The notes beneath the pieces were generated by a model. The model saw only the letters and a list, made by a program, of their open reading frames with translations, searched no databases and was not told the origin of the DNA. The translations under genes were made by a program, and so were the position numbers. A DNA stretch of 64,000 nt from an uncultured Pseudomonadales bacterium (GTDB lineage Bacteria > Patescibacteriota > Microgenomatia > UBA1400 > PJMF01): contig CAZOVA010000001.1 in NCBI GenBank assembly GCA_964583625.1, forward strand, positions 76,465-140,464. The letters are read 5' to 3'. Shown here in pieces: positions 1-11,300 of this stretch; the stretch's first letter is position 1; each line of letters opens with the position of its first letter.

Positions 1-2
1 AG

Positions 3-176
3 CAATTAAGCGGGCATTGGAAGATAAAAGATCCTAAAATGAGGGACTTAAACCAAGAGTGTCAAAAAATTCTTTCAACTCTCAACTTTTCCATAAACTT
101 TCACCACATTCCTAGAGAAGAGAATGCTCTTGCTGACGAACTAGTAAATTTAACTCTAGATCAGCAAGAAAAATAA
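3..176 (+). CDS. rnhA: Ribonuclease HI, C-terminal fragment (runs off window start)
   Basis: Manual translation from position 3: QLSGHWKIKDPKMRDL...FHHIPREENALADELVNLTLD*, matching the RNase HI C-terminal pattern (QxxGxW/YKVK...HVPRExNxxADxLAN). Not in the ORF track. Confidence 0.8.
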   Translation, partial: QLSGHWKIKDPKMRDLNQECQKILSTLNFSINFHHIPREENALADELVNLTLDQQEK

Positions 177-267
177 TTATTATTGCATAATTAGCGCATT
201 ATTCTTGCAAAGCCAAGTAAGCCCCCTTTTTGCCTTTTTGTTTTTTTTATGTCATAATAAAAAATTC

Positions 268-3204
268 ATGACTCAATTTTTAATTACCCAGTTCAGCGAA
301 TCTTGGCCTAAAATTTTAGTCTTAGGACAGGAAGGAGTCTTTTCTCAAAAACTCCAAACTCTTTTGCAAGAAAAAGGTTTTCGAACTGAATTTGCTAATG
401 CTGGCCAATTTTCTACAGACGAGAGTCTACAAGAAGAAATTAGTAAAAAAAACTACTATAAAATTATCTGGCTTTTTGGTTGGCAGCCAGAAGCTGAGCC
501 CTTTAAAAAAGTTGTTCACTGGTTGAATGAGAGGCTTGAACCCACCTTAGTTATTGCTAGACTTGACACTATTCCAGATATTGATGATAAAGCTTTTTCC
601 TTAGAACGGCGACAATGGGACAAGCAAATCCGAGCAATCAATTATTTTGCTCAAAATCTTTCCAAAGCCTCTCTTTTAATTGGCCAAGACATTATTTCTT
701 CCGATTTCAACCACTTAGGCTTAAGCTTTCTTCTCCGCGGACACAAGGAAGGAAAAATATTTTCTCCAGAAATTGACTTTCGCTTTATTAATCTAGAAAG
801 GTTTTTACATCAAGTTTCTAATATCATTTTTGCGCCATACACCAATAAAAAAATGGTTTTTCAGTCAGATAAAATTCCTTATCGGCGTCTTGAAAAACAT
901 CTTCTTTCGTTAAGTCAGGCCCCCCTAGAAGTTATTTCTCGTCCCTCTTCTCCAGCAAAAGCAGAGCTAATTTTTCAACCTGAAATTTTGTTTGGATCAG
1001 GGAGTTTAGATTTTTTTAATGAAGATTTTTTTTATCGTCTACAGGAGAAGTTTTTAATAACACCCCCGTCATTTATTTCCCCTCCTGCTAAAATAAAAAC
1101 AAAAAAAGTTTTTTCCATTAAAGAAGAGAAAATAATTCTTCCTCTAAAACAGAACAAGTCTTTATTAAAGCCTCTACCTTCAGTTGCCTTCTTGACCGTA
1201 ATTGTTCCCAACTGCAATTTTTTAACTGATGGAGTTTTGGTTTGTCGCCCTGAAGTTAAGAGTAAAATTATCGTTCCTCCCCTACCAATTATTGGTTCAA
1301 AAGCTGACACCCATTTTTCCCCAGAGTATCAAAAATATTTAAATGGCTTAGTTCGTCAAGCTCCAACAAGAAAGCCCCAAAGAAAGCTTTCTCCAGTAGT
1401 TTCTCCACAAAAGCTTTTTAATCAAGCAAAAGAACGACCCCTAATTAAGAAAGAACAAAAGGTTGTTTATAAACAACAAAAAGCTCAACCAGTTCTGGTG
1501 AAAAAAAAGACTGCTTCTAAAATTGGTTGGCAGAAAATTGCCACCCCCTTTGTTCTGGCGCTTATTTGTTTATTTATCTATTTTGGTTTTTTACTCCCAA
1601 AACAAAGTGCTTATTCTCAGCAACCTATTCTTCAGAGTTTTTTTCAAGCCTGCCTGACTCCAGACTGTCTCAATGAACAGAATCAAGATTTGTGGCAAAA
1701 CTTAAAAACTCAAGCCCAGTCGACTAATCAGGAGGTGATGTTTATTAATCATTTCGAAAACTTTTTTACACAAAGAAATATTTTAAATCAACAAATGTCG
1801 CGTTTTTACCGAGTAATGATGAATTCCGAACCGGGGACGGCAACAGCAGAGGTGCAGCTAGTTCAAAATAGTCTTTTCACCACTCTTGAGAGTTTAGACC
1901 AGCTGCAAACAACCCTCACTCAAATTAAGGGTAGCTCAGTTAACAGCAGTCTTTTGCCAGATTTAGAAAGACTGTCGCAGCAACTAACCAAGATTAAGAA
2001 CAATTTCTTGCTTTGGCAAAAATATCAGGAAGTTTTCACTCTTTTAGCACAACAAGAAAAAACCAAGCTTTTAGTTTTATTATTAAATAACCAAACACTT
2101 TTAAGCCAAGGAGGAGAGCTTCTTGCTTTAAGTGAGATCGATGTTCAAGCAGGGACCTTTCAAAAAAGCCAACAAATACCGCTTTCTCGTCTTGCCCAAA
2201 ACCAAGCTGTCAAGGTTGAAGATAGTCGCTTTTTTTCTGCTTCTACTAGTAGTCTTCTCAGCCTACAACGACTTCCTTTGCAAGAAAATTTTTCTGCTTT
2301 AGCCAGTAAGACTCAAAAAATTCTCCAAGTTTCTCAAGATCTTCAGCTGGATCTAATTTTTAGCTTTAATTTAAATAGCTATGTGTCTCTTTTAGCTGTT
2401 TTAGAACAAAAAGAACCCGATCTTCTCTATCAGGAATTAAGCTTAGAGTTGAAAGAAAAAACTAGTCTTGAGCAAGAAAAAATTCTTTTAGACAAATATC
2501 AAGAGTTGGCTAAAAAGATGAAAGAAATCTCTCCTCAAAAAACCGCCAATTTAATTTTTACTTTCTTAGAAGAAATTGAGTCTCAAGAAATTCTTTTTTA
2601 TAGTGATCAGCCGGCTCTAAAACAACTTTTTGATAACCTTTCCCTTTCAGGGCAAGTTAATGCTCGTGCTTGTCCCTCTTTGCTGGGCGGAAGCGCTTGT
2701 TTTATCGATCATTTTGTTCAATTTCGCTCTAGTCTCAACGGTCAAGAGTCAAGCTTGCAAAACATTAATCACTCTATTGAGCTTGACAGTAAACAGACCA
2801 AACATGAAAGACAGATAGTCTTAGAAAACCCCTCTCAAGAGGAGAAAATAGAGTTTTGGCAGTTTGTCTTTCCTTCACTAGCTCAAGACATTATTGTGAC
2901 CATTGACGGGCAGAAAAGAACGGTTGATGAGCAAAACGGCTTTAAACTCACCTTGCCAGCTCAAAGCAAACAAATAATTAAGATTAGCTTTTATATTAAT
3001 AGGGTTTTGCCCGACGACAATTTTGTGTATAGTTTTTCTGAAAAAAAACAAAGCGGAGAAAGAAATCAAAGTTTCAATTTAAATATTAAAAATTCTCTCC
3101 CCTATTCTCCTAAAGTGATTGCTCCTTATGCCACTATTGATGGCAAGCAAATTAATTTTTCTTCAGTCAAGAACCAAAGCTTTTTGGGGGCCGTTGCTTT
3201 TTAG
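268..3204 (+). CDS. Large membrane-anchored protein: degenerate Rossmann/epimerase-like N-terminus, one TM helix, DUF4012-like C-terminal region
   Basis: ORF 205..3204; ATG 268 lies 9 nt after TGTCATAAT. TM segment IATPFVLALICLFIYFGFLLP. LLVLLLNNQTLLSQGG resembles DUF4012 YLVLFQNxxELRxxGG; the end YSFSEKKQSG resembles YxLxxQKQPG. Confidence 0.55.
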   Translation: MTQFLITQFSESWPKILVLGQEGVFSQKLQTLLQEKGFRTEFANAGQFSTDESLQEEISKKNYYKIIWLFGWQPEAEPFKKVVHWLNERLEPTLVIARLDTIPDIDDKAFSLERRQWDKQIRAINYFAQNLSKASLLIGQDIISSDFNHLGLSFLLRGHKEGKIFSPEIDFRFINLERFLHQVSNIIFAPYTNKKMVFQSDKIPYRRLEKHLLSLSQAPLEVISRPSSPAKAELIFQPEILFGSGSLDFFNEDFFYRLQEKFLITPPSFISPPAKIKTKKVFSIKEEKIILPLKQNKSLLKPLPSVAFLTVIVPNCNFLTDGVLVCRPEVKSKIIVPPLPIIGSKADTHFSPEYQKYLNGLVRQAPTRKPQRKLSPVVSPQKLFNQAKERPLIKKEQKVVYKQQKAQPVLVKKKTASKIGWQKIATPFVLALICLFIYFGFLLPKQSAYSQQPILQSFFQACLTPDCLNEQNQDLWQNLKTQAQSTNQEVMFINHFENFFTQRNILNQQMSRFYRVMMNSEPGTATAEVQLVQNSLFTTLESLDQLQTTLTQIKGSSVNSSLLPDLERLSQQLTKIKNNFLLWQKYQEVFTLLAQQEKTKLLVLLLNNQTLLSQGGELLALSEIDVQAGTFQKSQQIPLSRLAQNQAVKVEDSRFFSASTSSLLSLQRLPLQENFSALASKTQKILQVSQDLQLDLIFSFNLNSYVSLLAVLEQKEPDLLYQELSLELKEKTSLEQEKILLDKYQELAKKMKEISPQKTANLIFTFLEEIESQEILFYSDQPALKQLFDNLSLSGQVNARACPSLLGGSACFIDHFVQFRSSLNGQESSLQNINHSIELDSKQTKHERQIVLENPSQEEKIEFWQFVFPSLAQDIIVTIDGQKRTVDEQNGFKLTLPAQSKQIIKISFYINRVLPDDNFVYSFSEKKQSGERNQSFNLNIKNSLPYSPKVIAPYATIDGKQINFSSVKNQSFLGAVAF

Positions 3205-3278
3205 ACTAACCACAAAGATTCTTTAGTAGCTGGTCGTTATGGTATAATAACCCTTCTTGAAAAAGAAAAGAAAGTTTT

Positions 3279-3941
3279 ATGACAGAAAAATATAAGCTCA
3301 AAGTCAAAAGAAGAGACACTCAAGTTAAGGGAAAAAAATATCAAAATGAAGGTTTTATCTTGGGAAACATTTTTGGTCTAGGAAAAAGTCAAGCGATTGC
3401 TCTTCCAGCTAAAGAAACAAGAAAACTTTTTCACGAGATTGGTGAATCCAGTGTTATTTATCTTACTTTAGATGAGGATAAAAAAGAAATTCCTGTCTTA
3501 TTAGATGAAACTCAGGCAGACCCCCTCAATGGTTCTTTAATTCATATTGCTTTAAAGAAAGTAGACCTGAAGGAAAAAGTCGAAGCCGCTGTTGCCTTTG
3601 AAGTCATTGGGGAATTTTCTGTTCCAGAAGCCCTTTATTTATTATTAAAACAAGAAGTAGAAGTGGAAGCTCTACCCACAGATTTGCCAGAATCTTTTAT
3701 TCTAGATGTAAGCAAATTTACCAAGATTGGTGAGCAGATAACTTTTGCCGATCTTGAATACGATCGAGAGAAAGTCACTCTTTTAGTTGAAGATCAAGAT
3801 GAGCCAGTCATTATTGTTTCTGAGGTCAAAGAAGAGATTGAGGAAGAGCCGGTAGTCGAAGAAGCTGCTCCAGCAGAAGGAGAAGCTGAGACGGTCGCCC
3901 AAGAAGAAACTGAGGAATCACCAACCGCAGAACAAAAATAA
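3279..3941 (+). CDS. rplY: 50S ribosomal protein L25/Ctc with acidic tail
   Basis: G-x-I-x-G-x-IFG N-terminal motif, QADP..LIHI, EVEALPTDLPESF (TL5 C-domain), E-rich tail. Confidence 0.9.
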   Translation: MTEKYKLKVKRRDTQVKGKKYQNEGFILGNIFGLGKSQAIALPAKETRKLFHEIGESSVIYLTLDEDKKEIPVLLDETQADPLNGSLIHIALKKVDLKEKVEAAVAFEVIGEFSVPEALYLLLKQEVEVEALPTDLPESFILDVSKFTKIGEQITFADLEYDREKVTLLVEDQDEPVIIVSEVKEEIEEEPVVEEAAPAEGEAETVAQEETEESPTAEQK

Positions 3942-3947
3942 CTATTT

Positions 3948-4607
3948 TTAGTTGAAGAAAATTTCGTTGGGGTCCATTTTTTTAGCCTCATTCAGCCAGA
4001 AGTGATAGTTTTGCCAATCATTGAGATAAAAATGAGCTAGAGCAAGATTAACTTTCTCCGCTTGACTAAAATTCTCTGCAAAAAAAGACTCTGTTTTAGT
4101 GTAAAGGTTTTGAGTACGCCAATAACTCTCTGGTCTTTTAACCAAGGTTCTTGTCTGAGCGTTTATTTCTGTTGGCAAAGCTAATATTTCCACTTTCCGC
4201 TCAACTTTTAAATCGACTGTTTCTTTTTCTATCGACCGCGTTCTAATATTGACCAGTAAAAGAGGTAATTGAGCTAAAATCAAAAAAACAAGCGCTAGAA
4301 AAACCCAAGCTTCATTTCCTTGTGAAAAAAAACTAATTTTTTTAGGCCAAAAACTTGGTTTTTTGGCTTTCTTATGAGTTTGTTGGTATTTTATTAAAAC
4401 CAAGTTTTTGGGGCTTTTTAAGGTTTTCTTGAGCCATTTCTTTTTTAACCAAACTGACCATAAGAAAAAATAAATTAAGTCGCCAAAAATTAATAACCCC
4501 AAATTTAGAAAAACGAAAGGTAAGAAAAATCTTCGCCAAGTCTTTTTTACCTTAGTCTCTTGCCGGAAAATTTGTTGGCCAATTTTCGGTTGCCAATATA
4601 GTTTCAT
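3948..4607 (-). CDS. Hypothetical membrane protein (2 TM, TPR-like C-terminal helix pair)
   Basis: Two hydrophobic segments; C-terminus NLALAHFYLNDWQNYHFWLNEAKKMDPN is TPR-like. Start uncertain (56-nt overlap with valS). Confidence 0.55.
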   Translation of the reverse strand: MKLYWQPKIGQQIFRQETKVKKTWRRFFLPFVFLNLGLLIFGDLIYFFLWSVWLKKKWLKKTLKSPKNLVLIKYQQTHKKAKKPSFWPKKISFFSQGNEAWVFLALVFLILAQLPLLLVNIRTRSIEKETVDLKVERKVEILALPTEINAQTRTLVKRPESYWRTQNLYTKTESFFAENFSQAEKVNLALAHFYLNDWQNYHFWLNEAKKMDPNEIFFN

Positions 4608-6840
4608 GATTTTCTATTTTAGCAAATTCTTGCCAAATTTGCTCAGTCACGTAAGGAATAAAAGGGTGGAGTAATTTAAGAAAAACTAGTAAGCCCTCTT
4701 TTAGTGATGAGTATGATAGCTGACCGTTCTTATTTTTTTCAATTGCTTGATCACAAAAGAAGTGCCAAAACTGGTCGTATAAATAATCAGCGGCCAAACC
4801 AATTTTGTAATCTTGAAGCATTTTAGTACCAGTTTTAATTATTTCTTGCATTTTTACTGCAAAAGCCAGATTTTCTTTTTCCAATGACTCTTTTGTTTTT
4901 TCTTTAGTCTTTTTATCTGAAATAAGAATAAAGCGGGCAGCGTTCCAGACCTTATTGGTAAAATTTCTTGCCGCCTTAAAATCGCCCTCACTGATAGATT
5001 TATCTAGACCAGCGCTAGACCTGATTAGAAGAGCCATTCTTAAGGCATCAGCTCCATACTTTTCTACAATCTCCAAAGGATCGATCACATTTCCTTTGGA
5101 CTTGCTCATCTTTTGGCCCTTTTGGTCTCTTACCAGTCCATGAAGATAAATCCGAGAGAAGGGGAGACTGCCAGTTTCAAAAAAGCCAATCATCAGCATT
5201 CTCATCACCCAAAAAGGAAGAATGTCATAACCTGTCTCTAAAATACTATTAGGGTAAAACTTTTCAAAGTCTCCAGGTTGAGTGTTTTTCAAAGTAGCAA
5301 AAGGCCACTGACTAGAGGAAAACCAAGTATCAAAGGTGTCCGTCTCTTGGATGCATTCATCTTCATTGAGATGAGTTTTTTCAGTTTTGATAATAAATTT
5401 AGCCTCAATTGGGGCTTTAAGAGTTTGTAAACCAGACTTAATCAATCCAGGCTGATAGTCTTTTAAAATTTCTCCCAATTTGCCCTTAATTAAAAACCCA
5501 CCATTAGCTAAAGGTTTTAAATCATAATTACCGCTTTTCTCAGGAGAAGCTTTTTTTATAAGAGAAATAATATCAATATTAGGATTATCTTTAATACGAT
5601 AAAAAATTGGTATTCTGATCCCCCAGACTATTTGTCGAGAGATATTCCAATCTCTTAAATTAGTTAGCCAGTGTCGAAGAATTTTGTCATATCCTGGCCC
5701 GTCAATTTTAATTTTTCCTTCATCTAGTCTTTTTAAGATGGGCCTCACTAGGGGAGCGACTTTAATAAAAAATTGAGTTAAGGGGAGAGGTTCTAATACT
5801 CCGCTGCAACGATAGCAACAAGCTATTTGAGTTTCGTAATCATAGTCAATTTTCTCTATTAAGCCTAATTTGTCCAATCTATCCACTATTTTTTCACGAG
5901 CTACGGCCACTTTTTGTCCTGCAAACTCTCCAGCGAGCTCTGTCATTTTGCCGTCAAAACCAATCACTTGTTTGGGACCAGGAATGGCCTCTTTATGTCT
6001 TTTCCAGACCTCAAAATCATTATGGTCGTGAGCGGGAGTGATTTTTACTACTCCTGTCCCAAATTTGGGGTCAACATATTCATCAGCTATCACTTTGATT
6101 TTAAACAAACCATTGACGCCAAGAGCCTCGATTTCTTGATTAATATATTTTTGGTAGCGTTTATCTTGAGGATGAACCGCCACAGCTGTGTCTCCAAATT
6201 TAGTTTCTGGTCTGGTAGTGGCTAAAACGAAAGGACCGTATTTTAAATAATAAAGTGGAACTTTTTTTGTTAGATGTTTTGCCTCTAAATCAGAAAAAGC
6301 TGTCCCACATTTAGGGCAATAATTAACTAGCTTTAAATCGCGATACACCAATTCTTTTTCCGCTAAATGACAAAAAGTTTTTTCCACTGTTTTAACAATA
6401 TCTTGATCTAAAGTAAATTTTTTCCTGGACCAATCCAAAGAAAAACCAAGTTTTTTTAGTTGTGTTTGAGCAATAGTGGTGTTTTCTTGGACATAGTCCC
6501 AAATCAATTGAAAAAGCGTCTGACGATCAAACTGAAAGCGCGACTGACCTTGTTTTTGCAGTTTTTTTTCAAAAACGAACTGAGTTTCAATTCCCGCATG
6601 ATCAAAACCCGGCAGCCAAAGAGTGTCTTCTCCTAGAAGACGGTGAAAGCGAATAAGCACATCTTCAATTGCATACATGGCGTGGCCAATATGAAGGGGG
6701 TCATTAGCATTAGGAGGAGGCAAAACAATACAATAAGATTTTTTATTTGAGATTTTAGCTTCAGGAGTAAAAGCTTTTTTTCCTTCCCAAAAAGCAGTAA
6801 TTTTATCTTCGTATTGTTGATGTTGATATTTTGAGTCCAT
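4552..6840 (-). CDS. valS: Valine--tRNA ligase (short form without C-terminal coiled-coil arm)
   Basis: PPPN..LHIGH, PGFDHAGIETQ, ATTRPET, DWNISRQIVWG, DTWFSS, KMSKSKGN motifs. Confidence 0.97.
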   Translation of the reverse strand: MDSKYQHQQYEDKITAFWEGKKAFTPEAKISNKKSYCIVLPPPNANDPLHIGHAMYAIEDVLIRFHRLLGEDTLWLPGFDHAGIETQFVFEKKLQKQGQSRFQFDRQTLFQLIWDYVQENTTIAQTQLKKLGFSLDWSRKKFTLDQDIVKTVEKTFCHLAEKELVYRDLKLVNYCPKCGTAFSDLEAKHLTKKVPLYYLKYGPFVLATTRPETKFGDTAVAVHPQDKRYQKYINQEIEALGVNGLFKIKVIADEYVDPKFGTGVVKITPAHDHNDFEVWKRHKEAIPGPKQVIGFDGKMTELAGEFAGQKVAVAREKIVDRLDKLGLIEKIDYDYETQIACCYRCSGVLEPLPLTQFFIKVAPLVRPILKRLDEGKIKIDGPGYDKILRHWLTNLRDWNISRQIVWGIRIPIFYRIKDNPNIDIISLIKKASPEKSGNYDLKPLANGGFLIKGKLGEILKDYQPGLIKSGLQTLKAPIEAKFIIKTEKTHLNEDECIQETDTFDTWFSSSQWPFATLKNTQPGDFEKFYPNSILETGYDILPFWVMRMLMIGFFETGSLPFSRIYLHGLVRDQKGQKMSKSKGNVIDPLEIVEKYGADALRMALLIRSSAGLDKSISEGDFKAARNFTNKVWNAARFILISDKKTKEKTKESLEKENLAFAVKMQEIIKTGTKMLQDYKIGLAADYLYDQFWHFFCDQAIEKNKNGQLSYSSLKEGLLVFLKLLHPFIPYVTEQIWQEFAKIENHETILATENWPTNFPARD

Positions 6841-6967
6841 TGTTTTTATATTATAGCAGAGCTTTTATAAGAGATTCTCATTTTTTCTTGTTCTGTCAAA
6901 ATTTGACAAGCATTTTTTATTTATGCTATACTTAACAAATCACCGGCTAGCTAGAGGAAAAATTAAA

Positions 6968-7585
6968 ATGAATGATAAAATTAACTCCCTTTTGGAGCAA
7001 CTTAAAACAGAGGTAAAAAACTATATTGAGGAGGAGGTCTCCCGTCGGAGTGGAGAAGAAGTAACCGCCAACGACTCTCAACCAGAAAAAGAGCTTCCCG
7101 TCTCTGAAGTCAGTATTCCTCCTATGCCGGAGCCAACTCGATTAGAGAATAATCCAGTGACCGAGCAGACGGAAAAATTTCCTCTTGAGGGGCAAGAAAG
7201 TACTCAGCCATTTGTGTCTGAACCTCCCGTTCCCATGCCAAATTTTTCTGATTTGAGCAATCTGCCTGATTTACCAGGAATAACTCCAGTTGAGGAAAAT
7301 ATCGACAAATCAGACACTCTTAGCCCCCTTCAAACAACTGATCCTATCAATCCTGTTGATCCAGCTACTGATCAGACTGCAACCTCTCCAGAATTCAATA
7401 ATCCTCAGCCGGACTTTAATACCCCAGTATCAGATTTGCCAGAACCTCAGTTCCAGACGCCAGTGACCCAAGAAAATGGAGAACTAAACAATCAAAACTC
7501 TGTTCCTCAAGTGAGTCAAGAAAATCAAGGGTTTCCAGTAGCTAGAGGTCTTTTAGGTAAAGTTTTAAATAAAAAAAATCAATAA
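6968..7585 (+). CDS. Hypothetical Pro/Glu/Asn-rich, probably disordered protein
   Basis: ORF 6923..7585; ATG 6968 follows GAGGA. Low-complexity core. Confidence 0.6.
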   Translation: MNDKINSLLEQLKTEVKNYIEEEVSRRSGEEVTANDSQPEKELPVSEVSIPPMPEPTRLENNPVTEQTEKFPLEGQESTQPFVSEPPVPMPNFSDLSNLPDLPGITPVEENIDKSDTLSPLQTTDPINPVDPATDQTATSPEFNNPQPDFNTPVSDLPEPQFQTPVTQENGELNNQNSVPQVSQENQGFPVARGLLGKVLNKKNQ

Positions 7586-7632
7586 ATAGCTTGTTTTTTG
7601 CTTTATCTTATGTCATAATCTTCTTATAGATT

Positions 7633-8310
7633 ATGAATGATGTTATTTTTCAAAAAAGCAATAGTTCAAACTCATCTGTTGTAGAAGAGAAAGTGCCAGT
7701 TTTAGATCAAAAATCATCTGCTCAATTAGTGAGCAAATATGGTATAGATATGATTTCTGAAGCGGAGAATTTAGCTGAGGCAGCTTATATTTCTTGGTTA
7801 GAAGCAATGATTGCTTATGAAGAACGGGACTGGCAAAAATCACTAGATATCTTTAATTTGTGCAATTTCTGGGATAAGAACTGGGTTTATGAGGGAATGA
7901 TGGGGATTACTTTATCTTTATTAGACAAATATGATTTAGCTATTAATTACCTAAGCTCAGCCATAAAAATGCAAAAAGGCAATCCTCTCTTATATCCAGA
8001 ACTACAAGCAAATATGGATCAAAAGCAAATCTTTTACGATTTAGTCAAATATCTAACTTTATCTTTGTTTGTTTCAGGGCAATATGAATTAGCCAATCAA
8101 TGGTTGGACTATTTTTCTAAGGAATTCTCTCCAGACCCCATGTTTCAAATACAAATAGCAGGTTTTCTTTCTGAATTAGGAAATTATAATGGTGCTACCT
8201 CTCTTATCCGTCAAGCTTTGCCAAAACTGGAGACGGAAGTTTCTTTTGAACAAAAAACACACTTTTTAAACCTAAGTAAGGAAATCTTAGAAAGTATTAA
8301 AAACAATTAG
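7633..8310 (+). CDS. TPR-like helical repeat protein
   Basis: Repeated helix pairs, e.g. MGITLSLLDKYDLAINYLSSAI, LSLFVSGQYELANQWL, FLSELGNYNGATSLIRQAL. Confidence 0.65.
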   Translation: MNDVIFQKSNSSNSSVVEEKVPVLDQKSSAQLVSKYGIDMISEAENLAEAAYISWLEAMIAYEERDWQKSLDIFNLCNFWDKNWVYEGMMGITLSLLDKYDLAINYLSSAIKMQKGNPLLYPELQANMDQKQIFYDLVKYLTLSLFVSGQYELANQWLDYFSKEFSPDPMFQIQIAGFLSELGNYNGATSLIRQALPKLETEVSFEQKTHFLNLSKEILESIKNN

Positions 8311-8363
8311 CCTCACATGATATAATAAGATGGCTTTGTTATACTTGTGAAAGAATAAATTTT

Positions 8364-11300
8364 ATGAACGAATTTTCTCCTTACAAATTTGACTCAGAAA
8401 AACTTGATAAACTCTCAAGAGCTTCAACTGAAGACAAGCAGGAGCAAAAGGACAAGCTTCGTTCTGAGTATATATTAAGGATTTTCTCCAAACAGGCCAG
8501 CAGCGAATATGCCTTTCAAGACGAAACTTTTACTCTGAGGCAAATTCGAGGAGAAATCCGTTCGTTGAGTGGTCAAAAGGATACCAAAGAAAAACTTCAA
8601 AAAATAAATGAGTTGGTAAAAAAAATTCAAACCAAAATTGATAGTATGGATGTTCTTATTAATACTGAAAAATTAGATATTCAAGATTCTACAGAGCTAG
8701 ATCCCTCTATGCAAGAACTGGAGAAAGATGATCCTGATTGGAAAAAAAACTATTCTAAAAAAGTTTCCCCTTTGGTAGAAGAGCAAATGGCTTGGAGATA
8801 TTTATTAGAAGAAATTGATAAAATAAAAACGAGAGACAAACCCACTGAAGAGAGAGAAGGAGAAGATGAAGCTAGTGAGGAAAGTAGGTCTAGATCGAGA
8901 GAAGAAACGAGGAGAGAAGAGGGAGTTGACTTTTCCGAGGTAGAAAGAAAAGCTTTGGCGTTTCTTGAGAATCAAGACGAAAAAAACAAAGACTTAGATA
9001 TAGAGGATGCCAAAATTGTAGAGCTAATAAAAGAGCTTAGAAAAGAAATTCCTAAACAAGAATTAATTCTTGAAACTAGAAAAAAACAATATGAAAGAGC
9101 ATCAGAAGGTAAAGATAAGAGCAAGAGTGAGATAAGAGAGGCTTTGGATGCATTTGTCGAGGAAAAAGAAAGACTGCGTCTTTTTGTTGAAACTGTCGCT
9201 AAATATGAAAGACTAAAACAACAAAAAGAAGGGAGGATTACCCCAGCTGATAAAAAGAATTATGTAGAAGAAATAGACTTTGAAAGTAGAGGGTACAATG
9301 GCTTAGAGCTTAAAGAAAAAATTGTAAATGAGTGTTTAGAGCAAGGGGAAAATAAGTTAAGAAATTTAACTAGTATTATTTATTTAGTTAAAAAATTAAA
9401 CTCAGAAAACTTAGTCTCAGGAACTGAGGACTTGATAAAGATTCTTGAAGATTTGAGCGAAAGAGAAGAAAATAAGGGCAAGCTTGCCGATTATTTAGAT
9501 AGTCAAGAACCGGAAGGACTATTTGAAAAAACAGGCAGTGCGATAAAAAATCTTGAACTTGGTCCGAAGATCACAGTGAACGTTGATTATCCTGAAGGAC
9601 TAGACGATGAGGAAAAAAATCGGTATAAAACAGCGGCAAGAAATAACATCAGCGAAGAATACAGAGATTTAATAAAAGACACCGTTTATTCTTGTCTTGC
9701 AAAAATGATCGTCGATTTAGAGATTTCTTTTGAGGGAGCAGACATGATTAGCTCAAAAGCAAGAGAGTTTGATAACAAATTTCTTACAATTGATCAGATT
9801 CTAGGAGTGATGAACTCTTATAAGGGCTTTTTTGAAGTAACAGACACTTCAAATATGGCTATTACTAAAGTTCTAGAAAAAAGAAAAGAACAGCTTTTGC
9901 AGAGCATGGAAGCAAGGGGGGTAGACAAAGATTTTATAGCGGGCTTTATGAGTCAAATTGACAATATTAAAGATGCTCTAGATTTTGGTTTTTTAAGAAA
10001 TGATGTTCTCAACTACCGTTATTTAGGTGCCAGGTGGACCAAAGATGCTGAAGGAAACAGAATTCCACAGGTGGTGGAAAGAATGTCTTCAGTTATTAGT
10101 ATTGGTAAAAAAGGCATCGATGCTCAAAGAGTTAATACCAACATTAATGGCGAACAACAAACAATGAAAATAGGGGAGTATTTTGATAACCGTTTGGAGT
10201 GGTCAGATGAAATGGGCATCTTACAACAAATACTATGTGTAGTGAAGCAAGAATTAATGAAACAACCGATAGGAAGTGGTCTAAGATCTAAAAACGGAGC
10301 TGATGAAAGCAAGTACTCTATGGCCAACCTTTTTAATTCTCAGGAAAAAGTTAATGACCTAATTGGAGATGTGATTGAAGGAAGAGTACAGTATACGTTT
10401 TTTAACGGAGAACCAATTAAATGCAAAAATAAAGAAGGAAGATTTGAGGAGATAAATATTGCCAAAACCATCAAAGAGATGAACTTAGGCTCAGAAGAGA
10501 AAGCTATCCTAATGCAAATGGCGATGATGTTAGCATCGGCTCGTGACTTTGGTGGCGATGCTACCAGCTATCATATGGCTTATAACCTTACAGCCAGTAA
10601 ACTTCCTCCAGAGGCTACCGATCCTCGAACTTTTGATAAGCCTGCAGCTGGTATTTATTATGAAAGTAGAAATAATCAAGAGAAAATTCCTTCCTGCTTT
10701 TTTGTTTTAACTAATTTAGAAGCTGGCTCTCTCTTTAACAGAGAAGACGCTGACTCTCCAGGATTTATCGAAAAATATGAAATCGCTGCTAAGGCAACAA
10801 CCGCCTGGGCCCGCTTGATGGCAGAATTTCCTCAATTGCAGAACATACAGTTCCTTGAGGGGACTAGAAGTGATAACAAAGAAGCGAATACTGATGAGCG
10901 CTATGTTCTAAAACCAGCAGAGCTATCTCCTGAAGATAATGAGGGAAGACAAACATATAAAGATTACTGTGTTTGTCATAGCTTCGATGGCAGAGTTCTT
11001 CCTTCAATTGGGCATTTCGTTTCTCAAAGAGAAAGAAAGCTTGAACAAAAAACTGGTGATGAGAAAAAACAAATTGACGCTTCCACTTATCCCCCAGACG
11101 CTTATCTTAAGTTATTTGCTGCTCATCAAAGACTTTTCGAAAGAGGGGATTTGGCCACTAACTTGGAAGAAGTAAAGAGAAAGTTCTTTACTCCAGAGGG
11201 AGAAATAAAACATGATGACATTGTTCAAGAGATATCAAGCTGTAATACAGACATTGCCATATTAATGTCTTATTTAGGTCCTTGGAAAGAAAAAACCAAG

